Assembly (NCBI GenBank): GCA_018817715.1
Contig: JAHITT010000006.1
Span: 139,147-203,146, forward strand
Direction: 5' to 3'
Source: Patescibacteria group bacterium
Lineage (GTDB): Bacteria > Patescibacteriota > Patescibacteriia > Veblenbacterales > UBA10138
DNA: 64,000 nt
This document shows positions 27,870-37,614 of the stretch, one piece after another; within the stretch, counting starts at the first letter, position 1, and each line of letters begins with the position of its first letter. Both the position numbers and the translations under genes were made by a program. The notes below the pieces were generated by a model, which saw only the letters and a program-made list of their open reading frames with translations, made no database searches and was not told where the DNA came from.

Positions 27870-29129
27870 CTATAAATAAAGATAAAACAAAACTATAGCC
27901 AAACTGACAAATAAAGCCAAGTAACCCAAAACTTTTACCAACCAACCATTAACATGCCCTTTGGTTAAAACTCGGTCACTAGATAAACGCAAAATAAACC
28001 AAATCAAAGGCGGTGTAATCATGGCGTAAGCAAAAGCCGTATAAATTAACATTTTTATCGGGTCAAACTTAAGAACTGCTAAAAATAAACCCAGCAAGAC
28101 AGCCAGGGCAATAGCTAAATGAAATCCCCTGGCCTGATGAAAGGGTTTAGCCATACCTTCTTGCCAACCAAATGTTTCAGATAAAATATATCCAACACTA
28201 CCAGCCAAAACTGGAATAGCCAAGAGTCCAGTACCGACAATACCGGTAGCAAAAGCTAAATAAGCCTGCTGGCCCAACAACGGCTCTAAAACCAAAGCCG
28301 CCTGGTCAAAAGTTTCTAAGGAATTTAAATTATAACGACTAGCTAAAGTAGCGGCGCTAGCTATAATAAACCACATAATCAAATTAGACAGGCTCATGCC
28401 CAAAATCGTATCCTGTCTTAAATTTTTTAATCCCTGTTTGGTAACTGTGAACCTTTTTAAAGAACGTTTAATAATCGATTCTTCCCTTTCTTCCACTTCC
28501 TCACTAGCTTGCCAAAAAAATAAATAAGGAGAAATAGTCGTGCCAAAAACAGCCGCGATGAGCATTATTTCGGTAATATTAAAATTTAATTGAGGTCTAA
28601 TGGTGTGCAGAAATAACTCCGACCAATTTAAATGAATGGATAAGGCCACAGCCACATAAAAAAATAAAGATAAGGTAAGCCACTTTAAAAAATTAGCCAG
28701 CTGCCGATAAGAAAACTTTAAAGTAAATATTATAATAACTGCCGAAGTTAAAATTATCCACAATTCCCTTGGCCAACCGACTAATCTTTCCACTACTACG
28801 CCAATGGCTAATAAATCAGCACCAATATTAAAAACAATCACAGCCACGGCCACCACAGCCACTACTTTAACTAACCAAGGATTGTATCTCCTCTTTATTA
28901 AAGACAAAAGGCCTTGACCAGTTATTAAGCCTAATCGAGCGCACATTTCTTGAACAGCCGACATTAAAGGCAGGGTTAATAAAGCCAACCATAATCCCCG
29001 CACACCCATAACAACACCTACTTGAAGATAGGTTAATATACCAGAAGGGTCGTCATCAGAAGCGCCGGTAATAATACCCGGGCCAATTTTATTCCACCAC
29101 TGGCGCCAAGTTCTGCTTTTATCAGCCAT
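27870..29129 (-). CDS. Nramp-family divalent metal cation transporter (MntH-like)
   Basis: 419 aa, about 11 TM. N-terminal GPGIITGASDDDPSGI resembles the Nramp GPG...DPG motif. Confidence 0.6.
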   Translation of the reverse strand: MADKSRTWRQWWNKIGPGIITGASDDDPSGILTYLQVGVVMGVRGLWLALLTLPLMSAVQEMCARLGLITGQGLLSLIKRRYNPWLVKVVAVVAVAVIVFNIGADLLAIGVVVERLVGWPRELWIILTSAVIIIFTLKFSYRQLANFLKWLTLSLFFYVAVALSIHLNWSELFLHTIRPQLNFNITEIMLIAAVFGTTISPYLFFWQASEEVEEREESIIKRSLKRFTVTKQGLKNLRQDTILGMSLSNLIMWFIIASAATLASRYNLNSLETFDQAALVLEPLLGQQAYLAFATGIVGTGLLAIPVLAGSVGYILSETFGWQEGMAKPFHQARGFHLAIALAVLLGLFLAVLKFDPIKMLIYTAFAYAMITPPLIWFILRLSSDRVLTKGHVNGWLVKVLGYLALFVSLAIVLFYLYL

Positions 29130-29145
29130 AACCGAATAAATTAAG

Positions 29146-29541
29146 CTAAGCTAAAAAATCAAAATATAAACCTATTAACAAAGCGACAGCCGAAGTAAAA
29201 AAAATAAAAATATAATTCAATTTTTCTTTACTAGACTGTAAGCTATACAAAATATAATGCAAAGTGGATTTTTCTTCATTGCTTAAAGCTGTTACAGCTG
29301 AAATCCTATTAGCTAAATCGTAATTCTTTATCAAAGCGACCCGGTGCTGACTTATTTGATAACGATGAATAAAATATAAAATAAAACCAACTGTACCAAT
29401 GTACCAGGATATTTTTACCCACAGAGCACTATAATTATTCAACACAATAATTATCCGATAAGCCAAAGTGGCCACCAAACCTGACCAAAAATAAAACTCT
29501 CTAACCAAACGACTATGGGTTTTTGTTTGCGGTAAATCCAT
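29146..29541 (-). CDS. Hypothetical small membrane protein
   Basis: 131 aa, 3-4 TM. Confidence 0.35.
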   Translation of the reverse strand: MDLPQTKTHSRLVREFYFWSGLVATLAYRIIIVLNNYSALWVKISWYIGTVGFILYFIHRYQISQHRVALIKNYDLANRISAVTALSNEEKSTLHYILYSLQSSKEKLNYIFIFFTSAVALLIGLYFDFLA

Positions 29542-29602
29542 AAAAATTTATTTTAACCCCATCTTAATGGGGCCGGCTGCACAAGCCAACCAAACTTAAT
29601 AA

Positions 29603-30535
29603 TTAATTATTAAACAATTGTGGATCGCACAACTTATCTTCATTGTTACAATCTAATTGTAACCAATTATAAAAATTTTCCGGCGAACCATCAAAAGCAA
29701 AAAATACCTGTTTAACTGTAGGAAATTGTTTAAGAGTATTTTCTAGTTGTCCTAAAAACTGAGCTGAACCGCAACTACTACTAGCGCCAGGAATTATTGT
29801 TCTTAAATCCCGTAAATTAACATAAACTCGACCCTTTTTAAAAGACATGCTAATTATTTTATTAGCTGTCTGTTGACTGAACCAAGAGTTGTAGCCTTGC
29901 TTTTTTTCCTCAACCGTTGGGCCTAATAACAATTGATTCAAAGCCTGCTCTTCAATTCGAGAATTTTTTTGCACTAAACGTTTAACCGGCTCAACTAACG
30001 AACAATCAAAATCTTTTTCTACTGGCTGGCTAAAATAAACATCATAAGATACTGAATGGTCCTCTTTAGAATAATCCACTTTAAAAGTCCTGGCTATTCT
30101 AGCAAATAAATCGTCAGCTATATCAGACTGCCAAATAAACACTTTATCCTTGGTCCAAGTCAAAACAAACTCTTTGTCAGACAGGCTATTCTTAAGCCAA
30201 CCATCCAACGGATAAACTAAAATCGCAAATTTCTTTTGACCAGCCTGATAAAAAACTATATCCACCTTATCAGCCAAGACGCTTTTAACGACCTCGTAAT
30301 TACCCGCCCAACTAGTGGGCAAATTTAAAACAAAATTATGAGCCAAACTTTTATAAAAAACTGTTAATTCTTCGGCCTGATTAATCTGATTATTCTGAGG
30401 TAAGGCCCGCTTCGCTGGCCCCAGCCTAAAATACCAAAACAAAGCCAATAAACAAAAAGTCAACAAAATAAGGCTCTGACCAAATCCACGTCCACAAACG
30501 GGCTTAGATTTTATAAAACAAAAAAATTTATTCAT
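29603..30535 (-). CDS. Membrane-anchored GerMN-domain protein
   Basis: 310 aa. N-terminal TM. The C-terminal half (LNQLLLGPTVEEKKQGYNSWF...ASSSCGSAQFLGQLENTLKQFPTVKQVFFAFDGSP) has a GerMN-like pattern. Confidence 0.4.
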   Translation of the reverse strand: MNKFFCFIKSKPVCGRGFGQSLILLTFCLLALFWYFRLGPAKRALPQNNQINQAEELTVFYKSLAHNFVLNLPTSWAGNYEVVKSVLADKVDIVFYQAGQKKFAILVYPLDGWLKNSLSDKEFVLTWTKDKVFIWQSDIADDLFARIARTFKVDYSKEDHSVSYDVYFSQPVEKDFDCSLVEPVKRLVQKNSRIEEQALNQLLLGPTVEEKKQGYNSWFSQQTANKIISMSFKKGRVYVNLRDLRTIIPGASSSCGSAQFLGQLENTLKQFPTVKQVFFAFDGSPENFYNWLQLDCNNEDKLCDPQLFNN

Positions 30536-30627
30536 CTAATTAAAATATTAACGGCTTACCCTTTATAAATATAGCAAAATTACCCCAGGACGGACAGTAA
30601 ACCTAGCCTAAGATAAAAATCTTCTGC

Positions 30628-30633
30628 TATAAT
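30628..30633 (+). promoter_or_regulatory. Extended -10 (TGcTATAAT) 9 nt upstream of the ATG at 30643
   Basis: The sequence is ctgcTATAATaaatctattATG. Confidence 0.35.
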
Positions 30634-30642
30634 AAATCTATT

Positions 30643-32049
30643 ATGTCCAATCTTATACCCAATTTGTCCCAAAGCTCCGAATCAAATCAGCTACTTAACC
30701 CACCCAGTGGCACCCTAACCCAACAAATTAACAATCATTTTAAAAACAATAAAAAAAGATATAAAAATACCTTTTACATTGCTATTATTTTGGTTATCTT
30801 TGCTAGTGGCGGCTTAGGTGGTTATTGGTATTCACAAAAAAAGGGCCCGCCAACAACCGAACAACTAAATCCCAAAACTGCTTTCCTACTAGAAATCTAC
30901 GATAAAATTAAACAAAACTATTGGGAAAAAATACCCGACGATCAACTGGCTGGTTTATACAAACTGGGAGCGGAAAAAATTACCAACCGACCACAAAGCA
31001 TGAATTCATTGGATAAAGAGGGAGTTAAAAATCTAGCTGATAGAATTCTAAGCAATTTAAACGACCAAGAACAAAAAGAATTGGCTGTAAACTTAGGCGA
31101 CATGGTACTAGCTAATCTTAAACCATTTAACCGTAGCCGACTTTTTACAATTACCAAGGAAAAAGAGCTTAGAGAAACCGTTAGTAACATTGATCGTACA
31201 GCCGATCTTTATGAAAATTTAGATTTAGATAAAAACGCTTCCCAACAACAAATAACCGATACTTTCCAAACCAAAGCGGCTGAACTAACTAAAGACACCT
31301 CTCCTGAAGGCCAACAAAAACTGGCCCAAGTCAAACGAGCTTATGAGGCTTTAGGCGATAAAGCTAGCCGCCAAATTTATGATTCTACCGGCATAGAACC
31401 AACTGTTCTGGGAAAAATATTTGAACCAGATATTTACTACATCCAAATAAAACGTATTTCCCCCACAACTTTTGATGAATTTCAAAAAGTCGCCAACAGC
31501 GTTAGTAACAACAAAAACCTAAATAACCTTATTTTGGACTTACGTAGTAATATTGGTGGCGCTATTGATATCCTGCCCTACTTTTTAGGCTTTTTTGTGG
31601 GTGAAAATACCTACGCTTATGAATTTTACCACCAAGGCGAACCCCAACCCTTTAAAACCAAAACCGGCTGGCTAAACAGTTTAGTAAAGTATAAAAAAGT
31701 AGTTATTTTAACAGATGGCGCTACCCAATCCTCGGCTGAAGTTATTGCCGCTAGTCTTAAAAAATACAATGTCGGTGTTGTTTTGGGCAGTCCGACTAAA
31801 GGTTGGGGCACAGTAGAAAACACTTTTCCACTTAATACTATAATCGACCCTAATGAAGCTTATTCTATATTTATGGTACACAGTTTAACCTTGCGCGACG
31901 ACGGCCAACCCATTGAAGGCAAAGGTGTGGACCCTTTAATAAACCTAAGCGACCCGACTTGGCCCGAACAACTCTATGCCCATTTTAATTACCAGGGTTT
32001 AATAGATACTATAAAAAAAATAATTGCCCCAACCAAAACAACTGACTAA
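30643..32049 (+). CDS. Membrane-anchored S41 (C-terminal processing) peptidase-like protein with an inserted degenerate J-like domain
   Basis: 468 aa. N-terminal TM. S41 motifs LILDLRSNIGG and TDGATQSSAEVIAASLKKYNVGVVLGSPTKGWG. Residues about 190-250 align to a J-domain (LYENLDLDKNASQQQI...KRAYEALGDKASRQIYDSTG) but lack the HPD motif. Confidence 0.55.
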   Translation: MSNLIPNLSQSSESNQLLNPPSGTLTQQINNHFKNNKKRYKNTFYIAIILVIFASGGLGGYWYSQKKGPPTTEQLNPKTAFLLEIYDKIKQNYWEKIPDDQLAGLYKLGAEKITNRPQSMNSLDKEGVKNLADRILSNLNDQEQKELAVNLGDMVLANLKPFNRSRLFTITKEKELRETVSNIDRTADLYENLDLDKNASQQQITDTFQTKAAELTKDTSPEGQQKLAQVKRAYEALGDKASRQIYDSTGIEPTVLGKIFEPDIYYIQIKRISPTTFDEFQKVANSVSNNKNLNNLILDLRSNIGGAIDILPYFLGFFVGENTYAYEFYHQGEPQPFKTKTGWLNSLVKYKKVVILTDGATQSSAEVIAASLKKYNVGVVLGSPTKGWGTVENTFPLNTIIDPNEAYSIFMVHSLTLRDDGQPIEGKGVDPLINLSDPTWPEQLYAHFNYQGLIDTIKKIIAPTKTTD

Positions 32050-32122
32050 TTAAGTTACACCTAAAAATACTTAATCCTTACCAACTACAAACTACCGGAT
32101 TTATAAGTCCGGTAGTTTTTAA

Positions 32123-32998
32123 TTAACCTAAAACTATCAAAACAGTTCCTAAAATCATAACACCAGCGGCCATTAATTTATGAAACAAATTTTTTTCCTG
32201 CCAAATTTCACCGCCAACTAAAGTAGAAAACAACGATTCTGTTCTTTTAATGGCTATAACCAAACCAACATAAGCCATAGAGATGGCTTCGGCCTGAAAC
32301 CAACGATAGCTAATAGTTAAAAAAGACACCAAAACAATCCACCAACCGGCTTGTTTAAAACCTATTTTTAAATCATTAAAACCATCGTGCCAAATAAAAA
32401 TCATGGCCAATAAATTTATTCCCAAAAATAAATGAATTAAAAAAATATAAGTTAGGGTATCCAACTGATAATAACCCAAAACTACTCTATCAACGATACC
32501 GGTAATACCATAAAGCACTAAAGCCAAAAAAATATAATGAATATATTTATTACCTCGAATAATTTTAAAAGGTTCCAACCAACCGGCGGACTTATGACTT
32601 TCCAATATATAAAGCCCAAGGATTAAAAAACCTAAACCTAAAGTTTGCCAACGACTAAAAGACTCGCCCAGTATAAGATAAGCTAAAAGCGCCGTAATGG
32701 CTGGACCTATAATAAATAAAGGAGAAGAGGCACTAATTTCCATATGCCTAACCCCTTTAGCTACCAACAAAAAAGCTGCGGCGGCCACAAAAGAAATTAA
32801 TAATAAATATATAAAAACCTTTAAATCAATACCCCGCCAATCAACAAAAAAAATCAAAGGCAGGCACAACAATAAATTAGCCAAACCCAAAGTAGCCGCA
32901 TAAGACATAGCGTGCTCTTTTCGCAAAACATTTTTTTGGGTGATGGTGGCCAAGCCGCCTAACAAAGCGGCCATAATAGCAAAAAAATACCAAGGCAT
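32123..32998 (-). CDS. EamA/DMT-superfamily transporter
   Basis: 291 aa, about 10 TM, with a duplicated EamA-like architecture. Confidence 0.5.
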   Translation of the reverse strand: MPWYFFAIMAALLGGLATITQKNVLRKEHAMSYAATLGLANLLLCLPLIFFVDWRGIDLKVFIYLLLISFVAAAAFLLVAKGVRHMEISASSPLFIIGPAITALLAYLILGESFSRWQTLGLGFLILGLYILESHKSAGWLEPFKIIRGNKYIHYIFLALVLYGITGIVDRVVLGYYQLDTLTYIFLIHLFLGINLLAMIFIWHDGFNDLKIGFKQAGWWIVLVSFLTISYRWFQAEAISMAYVGLVIAIKRTESLFSTLVGGEIWQEKNLFHKLMAAGVMILGTVLIVLG

Positions 32999-33098
32999 AA
33001 TAAAAATATTATATCATACCTACCTTAAGTTTAAACAATTGACAGTTTCTAATCTATCTGTTTAGATAGACTTAAAAACAAACAATAGGAACTTAACA

Positions 33099-33899
33099 AT
33101 GAAAAACTATTATAATTTTCGCACAGCTCTGCGCTATGATTTATCTTACCAATCCAAAATAAAAGATAAATCTATCTTCCCGAATTTCTTTTTTTATTTA
33201 CGAGTTTTTGTCGCTATTCTTCAAGGTGCTTGGCTGGCTAAAAAAAGAAAATTTAATGAAAGTACTTGGGCTGAAACTTCCTTAAAAATGATTGAAGCGG
33301 CTGAAGCAGTTGGTGGCCAGTTTTATATAAACGGACTACAAAATATTAGTAAAACTTTTAACCGTCCAGTGGTGTTTATGGCTAACCATATGAGTACTTT
33401 AGAAAATTTCTGTTTGCCGGTTATTTTGTTAAGTTTTAAAAATATTACCTTTGTTGTAAAAAAAGAACTTCTAACCTATCCTATTTTCGGCCATATTATG
33501 AAGGCTACTAATCCAGTAGCTTTAAATAGACTAAACCCTAGAGAAGATTTACAAACCATGATGGCTGATTGTTCAAAAAAGTTAAAACAAGGCATCTCAA
33601 TAATAATTTTTCCCCAACATACGCGTCGTGACAAAATAATTCCCAGTCAATTTAATTCTATAGCTGTTAAAATAGCTACCGCTAACAATGTACCCATAAT
33701 TCCTATTGCTCTTAAAACAGACTTTTGGGCTAATGGAAAAAGGCTAAAAGATTTTGGTAAGATTAATCCTAATAAGAAAATTCATATTGCCTTTGGTCAA
33801 CCCATCAAAATGTCCACTAATCCTTCAGCGGCTGAACAAAAGATAACCCATAATCAAGCTGTTGATTTTATAGTAGCCTGCCATAAGCAATGGCAATAA
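33099..33899 (+). CDS. Lysophospholipid acyltransferase (PlsC-like)
   Basis: 266 aa. Acyltransferase HX4D-type motif FMANHMSTLENF, plus FPQHTRRD and PIIPIAL. Confidence 0.55.
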   Translation: MKNYYNFRTALRYDLSYQSKIKDKSIFPNFFFYLRVFVAILQGAWLAKKRKFNESTWAETSLKMIEAAEAVGGQFYINGLQNISKTFNRPVVFMANHMSTLENFCLPVILLSFKNITFVVKKELLTYPIFGHIMKATNPVALNRLNPREDLQTMMADCSKKLKQGISIIIFPQHTRRDKIIPSQFNSIAVKIATANNVPIIPIALKTDFWANGKRLKDFGKINPNKKIHIAFGQPIKMSTNPSAAEQKITHNQAVDFIVACHKQWQ

Positions 33900-34007
33900 T
33901 AAAATTACCTCGGATTTACTTTTAAACCTTTTACAAAAGTAAATCCGTTTTATTTTATAAAAAAGCTTACAAAAAAACTCCACCTTAAACAGGTAGAGTG
34001 TTAAAAA

Positions 34008-34085
34008 TGGTAGTCCCATGGGGATTCGAACCCCAGTTTTCTCCGTGAGAGGGAGACGTCCTGGACCGGACTAGACGATGGGACC
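34008..34085 (-). tRNA. tRNA-Glu (anticodon CUC), CCA-encoded
   Basis: Cloverleaf folded by hand. Acceptor GGUCCCA/UGGGACU (G1-U72 wobble). Anticodon stem UCUCC/GGAGA with loop CUCUCAC. T-arm UGGGG-UUCGAAU-CCCCA. 3' ACCA. Similar to bacterial tRNA-Glu. Confidence 0.85.
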
Positions 34086-34224
34086 AAAATAACCTATAAC
34101 CAAAGTTTGATAGCTAAATAACAGTAAATTAGAAAATAACCCAAGTCAAGCCAAAACAAAGCTAATACTTTAAATTATTTTAAAACTATAAAATAAACGT
34201 TACTATTTATAAACTGTTTATCTA

Positions 34225-35511
34225 TTAACTATTAAGCCAAGGTCCATATTGCCTAACTAATAATTCCCCGGCTTTTAGGGGTTCGGCCATTAATTCTTTG
34301 GTTATTTTTTCGCAGCGCACACCCTGAGAACCCTTTATTAAAACCACATCCCCTTGATTTAATCTATCTTGAATAAACAAACCAGCTTCTTGAACATTAG
34401 CAAAATGCCAAATTCTATCTTGATCCATTCCCTTAGCCAAAGCGCCGTGGCCAATGACTCTTGATTCATTGCCGACTGTTAACAAAAAATCTATGGCCAA
34501 GTTAGCAACTGTTTGCCCAACTTCTGAATGTAATTTCTCACTTTGTGAACCCAACTCCAGCATATCACCCAAAACTGCCCAACGCCGTCCGCCTACCTTA
34601 GGTAAAGGCAATCTGACTAAAGCTTGCAAAGCCGCGGCGGCGGCCCGAGGTGAAGAATTGTAAGTATCATCCAATAAAATTGTTTCTTTAATACCGGGCA
34701 ATAAACGCAACCGACCCGCTGGCAAGGTTAACTTCTCTAAACCTTCCAATATTTGTAAATTAGTAAAACCCAAGGCTTGACCAACAGCCGCCGCCGCCAA
34801 AGCAGTCAAAATCACCGGACTACCCACCGTACCCAAAACAGTAATCGGTAAATTATTACCTTGTAAAGCTAATTTAAAACTCATACCCAAAGACGGTTTC
34901 ATGGTTACAGCCGCTGACTCCGTATAAATATCAAAACCAGCGGCTTGACCATAAGTTAAAACCCGCGACTTTAAAACAGTTTTTAAAGACAATACTTTTT
35001 CATCCTCACCATTTATAATGGCCGTACCATCAAGCGGTAAAGCTTTTAACAATTTACTTTTTTCTTCCAAAATCTTTGCCAAACTACCCATAAACTCCAA
35101 ATGACTGGCTGACACAGCTGTTAACACCGCCACCTGGGGCCGAACAATTGTTAAAAGATAATCCATATCCCCGGGATGATCCACGCCATACTCCAACACT
35201 AAAAATTCCGGATAATAAAGATCCTTTTTAATTAACCGGCCAAGCGACTTGGTAAAAATAACCAACCACAAACCTAAATTTCGATAAGCCGAATCCTTAG
35301 CCAATAAAACAGTTAAAGGCAAGCCTATTTCATTATTTAAATTTTTTTGGCTGTGCCAAACAGTGCGACCACTCGTTGATATTAAATCGGCCACTGCCTG
35401 TTTAACGCTGGTCTTACCAACCGAACCGGTTATACCAATAATCACCGGACGATAACGGTATAAAGTCAGTTTGGCTAAAATCTTTAAAATAAATCTTAAT
35501 ATCTTTTTCAT
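34225..35511 (-). CDS. murF: Mur ligase, probably UDP-MurNAc-tripeptide--D-Ala-D-Ala ligase
   Basis: 428 aa. P-loop GITGSVGKTS. Immediately downstream of ftsI. Confidence 0.7.
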   Translation of the reverse strand: MKKILRFILKILAKLTLYRYRPVIIGITGSVGKTSVKQAVADLISTSGRTVWHSQKNLNNEIGLPLTVLLAKDSAYRNLGLWLVIFTKSLGRLIKKDLYYPEFLVLEYGVDHPGDMDYLLTIVRPQVAVLTAVSASHLEFMGSLAKILEEKSKLLKALPLDGTAIINGEDEKVLSLKTVLKSRVLTYGQAAGFDIYTESAAVTMKPSLGMSFKLALQGNNLPITVLGTVGSPVILTALAAAAVGQALGFTNLQILEGLEKLTLPAGRLRLLPGIKETILLDDTYNSSPRAAAAALQALVRLPLPKVGGRRWAVLGDMLELGSQSEKLHSEVGQTVANLAIDFLLTVGNESRVIGHGALAKGMDQDRIWHFANVQEAGLFIQDRLNQGDVVLIKGSQGVRCEKITKELMAEPLKAGELLVRQYGPWLNS

Positions 35512-35515
35512 AAAT

Positions 35516-37246
35516 TTATCTCTCTGGTGGCACCTGATAATACTCTAACAGAAACTTAGCCAGCTCTCCAAACAACGGAGCGGCCGAACTTTCAGCAAAC
35601 ACCACATCTTTCGGTTCGCTAATTTTAACCGCCATAACAAATCTAGGATTATCTATTGGTGCAAAACCAACAAAACTACCAATGGTTTTTTTAGGATCAT
35701 AGCCTTGGCCACCGGGCAGTGGCACTTGGGCTGTACCGGTTTTACCAGCCACATAATAACCGGGCACACCAGCCCTTTTACCATGCCCTTTTTCCACCAC
35801 ATTAACCAACATAGCCGAAACCATTGCAGCTGACTGCGGAGAAATTACCTGACGAACTGAATGAGTTTTAGTTTGTTCTATTTTACCATTAGCATACCGT
35901 ATTTCTTCGGTTATATAAGGTTTCATTAAACGCCCACCATTAGCCAATGCCCCATAAGCGGTTACTAATTGCAAAGGTGTGGCTGTTATACCTTGTCCAA
36001 AAGAAGCTGTAACTGGATAAATGTCATTGGGATCTTTAAGAGAATTTATATTACCCGGTTTTTCATGAGGTAATTCCACTCCGGTATTTTGGCCAAAGCC
36101 AAATCTTTTAACATAATCGGCAAATACTTGTCGACCAGTTTGACGCATAGCAAATATTACTCCCGTATTCAAAGATTTTTCTAAAACATTAGTCATTGTT
36201 TGAACCCCATTGGCTTTTAAATCCGAATTTCTTATAACATGACCAGACACAGCCACCTCTCCAGTATCCACATAAGTCGTGGTTGGTTTAACCTTACCGG
36301 CATCTAAAGCCGCTGCCATGGTAAATGGTTTAAAAATCGATCCCGGCTCGTAAGCTTCCGAAACTATCGGGTTACTAAATAAAGCTGAATTGGTTGTTTT
36401 GGCATAATTATTAGAATCAAACGACGGCATATTACAAGCGGCCTTAATAGCGCCAGTTTTAGGATCAATAATCACCACACTGCCGGAAGCCGCCCCGTGT
36501 TTCTTAACCGCCTCTTGTAAAGAATTACAAGCCTTATATTGAATATTCTTGTCTAAAGTTAAAACCAAATCCGCCCCGTCTTGAGCCGGTACTAATTGCC
36601 GCTGGCCAATAGAAATTATTCCACCGGCCGCATTCCTTTCCGATTTAAGCTCTCCCTGCAAACCGGCTAAATCTTTTTCCCACTGTTGTTCAATACCATA
36701 CTGACCTTCTTTACGTTCACCAACATAACCAACAAACCCCAAGATCTGCGACAAAATCCCTCCATCGGGATAAAACCTAACCACTTCAGGTACTATATGA
36801 ATCCCCTCAATTGCCAAATCAGCCACCTCTTGAGCTTGCTTGTCATCGACAGCATGTTTTAAGGGTTCGTAAGGATCATCTGGCTTAGCCAACATAGCTT
36901 TTAATTTCTCCGTATCATCACCCCAAAAAACTTTTAGTTTTTCCACGGCTTCATTAACATTTTTTATTTCTCTAGGTACAGCAAAAATAAAATTCATTGG
37001 TTTATTTACAGCCGCTGGAAACACCCGATTTACTGCTAAAGAATCTTTAACGTATATTTCTCCTCTTTCGGGAATTAATTCAGAAAAGATATCATGCTGT
37101 CCTGAAGCCAAAGCGCTATACCAACCATAACTTACAATTTGCAACTGAAACAAACGCCAAACTATCACAATCAAAAACCCAAAAAATACCAGTCTAATAA
37201 AGGCCAGCCGATAAGCTGTCGCGTTATCTTTGCTAGACTCTGGCAT
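35516..37246 (-). CDS. ftsI: Penicillin-binding protein (class B transpeptidase, FtsI/PBP2-like)
   Basis: 576 aa. N-terminal TM. SxxK (SIFKPF) and KTG (KTGTA) motifs. Confidence 0.85.
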   Translation of the reverse strand: MPESSKDNATAYRLAFIRLVFFGFLIVIVWRLFQLQIVSYGWYSALASGQHDIFSELIPERGEIYVKDSLAVNRVFPAAVNKPMNFIFAVPREIKNVNEAVEKLKVFWGDDTEKLKAMLAKPDDPYEPLKHAVDDKQAQEVADLAIEGIHIVPEVVRFYPDGGILSQILGFVGYVGERKEGQYGIEQQWEKDLAGLQGELKSERNAAGGIISIGQRQLVPAQDGADLVLTLDKNIQYKACNSLQEAVKKHGAASGSVVIIDPKTGAIKAACNMPSFDSNNYAKTTNSALFSNPIVSEAYEPGSIFKPFTMAAALDAGKVKPTTTYVDTGEVAVSGHVIRNSDLKANGVQTMTNVLEKSLNTGVIFAMRQTGRQVFADYVKRFGFGQNTGVELPHEKPGNINSLKDPNDIYPVTASFGQGITATPLQLVTAYGALANGGRLMKPYITEEIRYANGKIEQTKTHSVRQVISPQSAAMVSAMLVNVVEKGHGKRAGVPGYYVAGKTGTAQVPLPGGQGYDPKKTIGSFVGFAPIDNPRFVMAVKISEPKDVVFAESSAAPLFGELAKFLLEYYQVPPER

Positions 37247-37252
37247 TTTAAA

Positions 37253-37591
37253 TTATTTAATAGCTACACCGATATCTGGTGGCAAGGTGGCTAAATATTC
37301 AATCTTTTCCACATTAACGTAATCAGCTTGAGCCAAACCTTCTTTAATAGCACTTAAAGACTGTAATTCTGTACCTTTAATTTCCAATTTTTTATAAGAC
37401 TCCTTAATAGTACTCAATTTATATTCTAAACCCTTAATTTCATAACCCTTAGTGGCCACCGAATTAGTTAAGACTAAATAGACTAAACCGGAGAACACCA
37501 AAGTTACAGCCAAAAATAAACCAAACCACCGCTGAGGTTCTGGCCGTCGGCTGTTTTGGTTAAAAAAATTTTTATGGCTATGTGGTAACAT
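37253..37591 (-). CDS. Cell-division protein FtsL-like (single TM plus coiled coil)
   Basis: 112 aa. Position between rsmH and ftsI. Confidence 0.45.
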   Translation of the reverse strand: MLPHSHKNFFNQNSRRPEPQRWFGLFLAVTLVFSGLVYLVLTNSVATKGYEIKGLEYKLSTIKESYKKLEIKGTELQSLSAIKEGLAQADYVNVEKIEYLATLPPDIGVAIK

Positions 37592-37614
37592 TTTATTTTT
37601 TATTATTTTAATAT

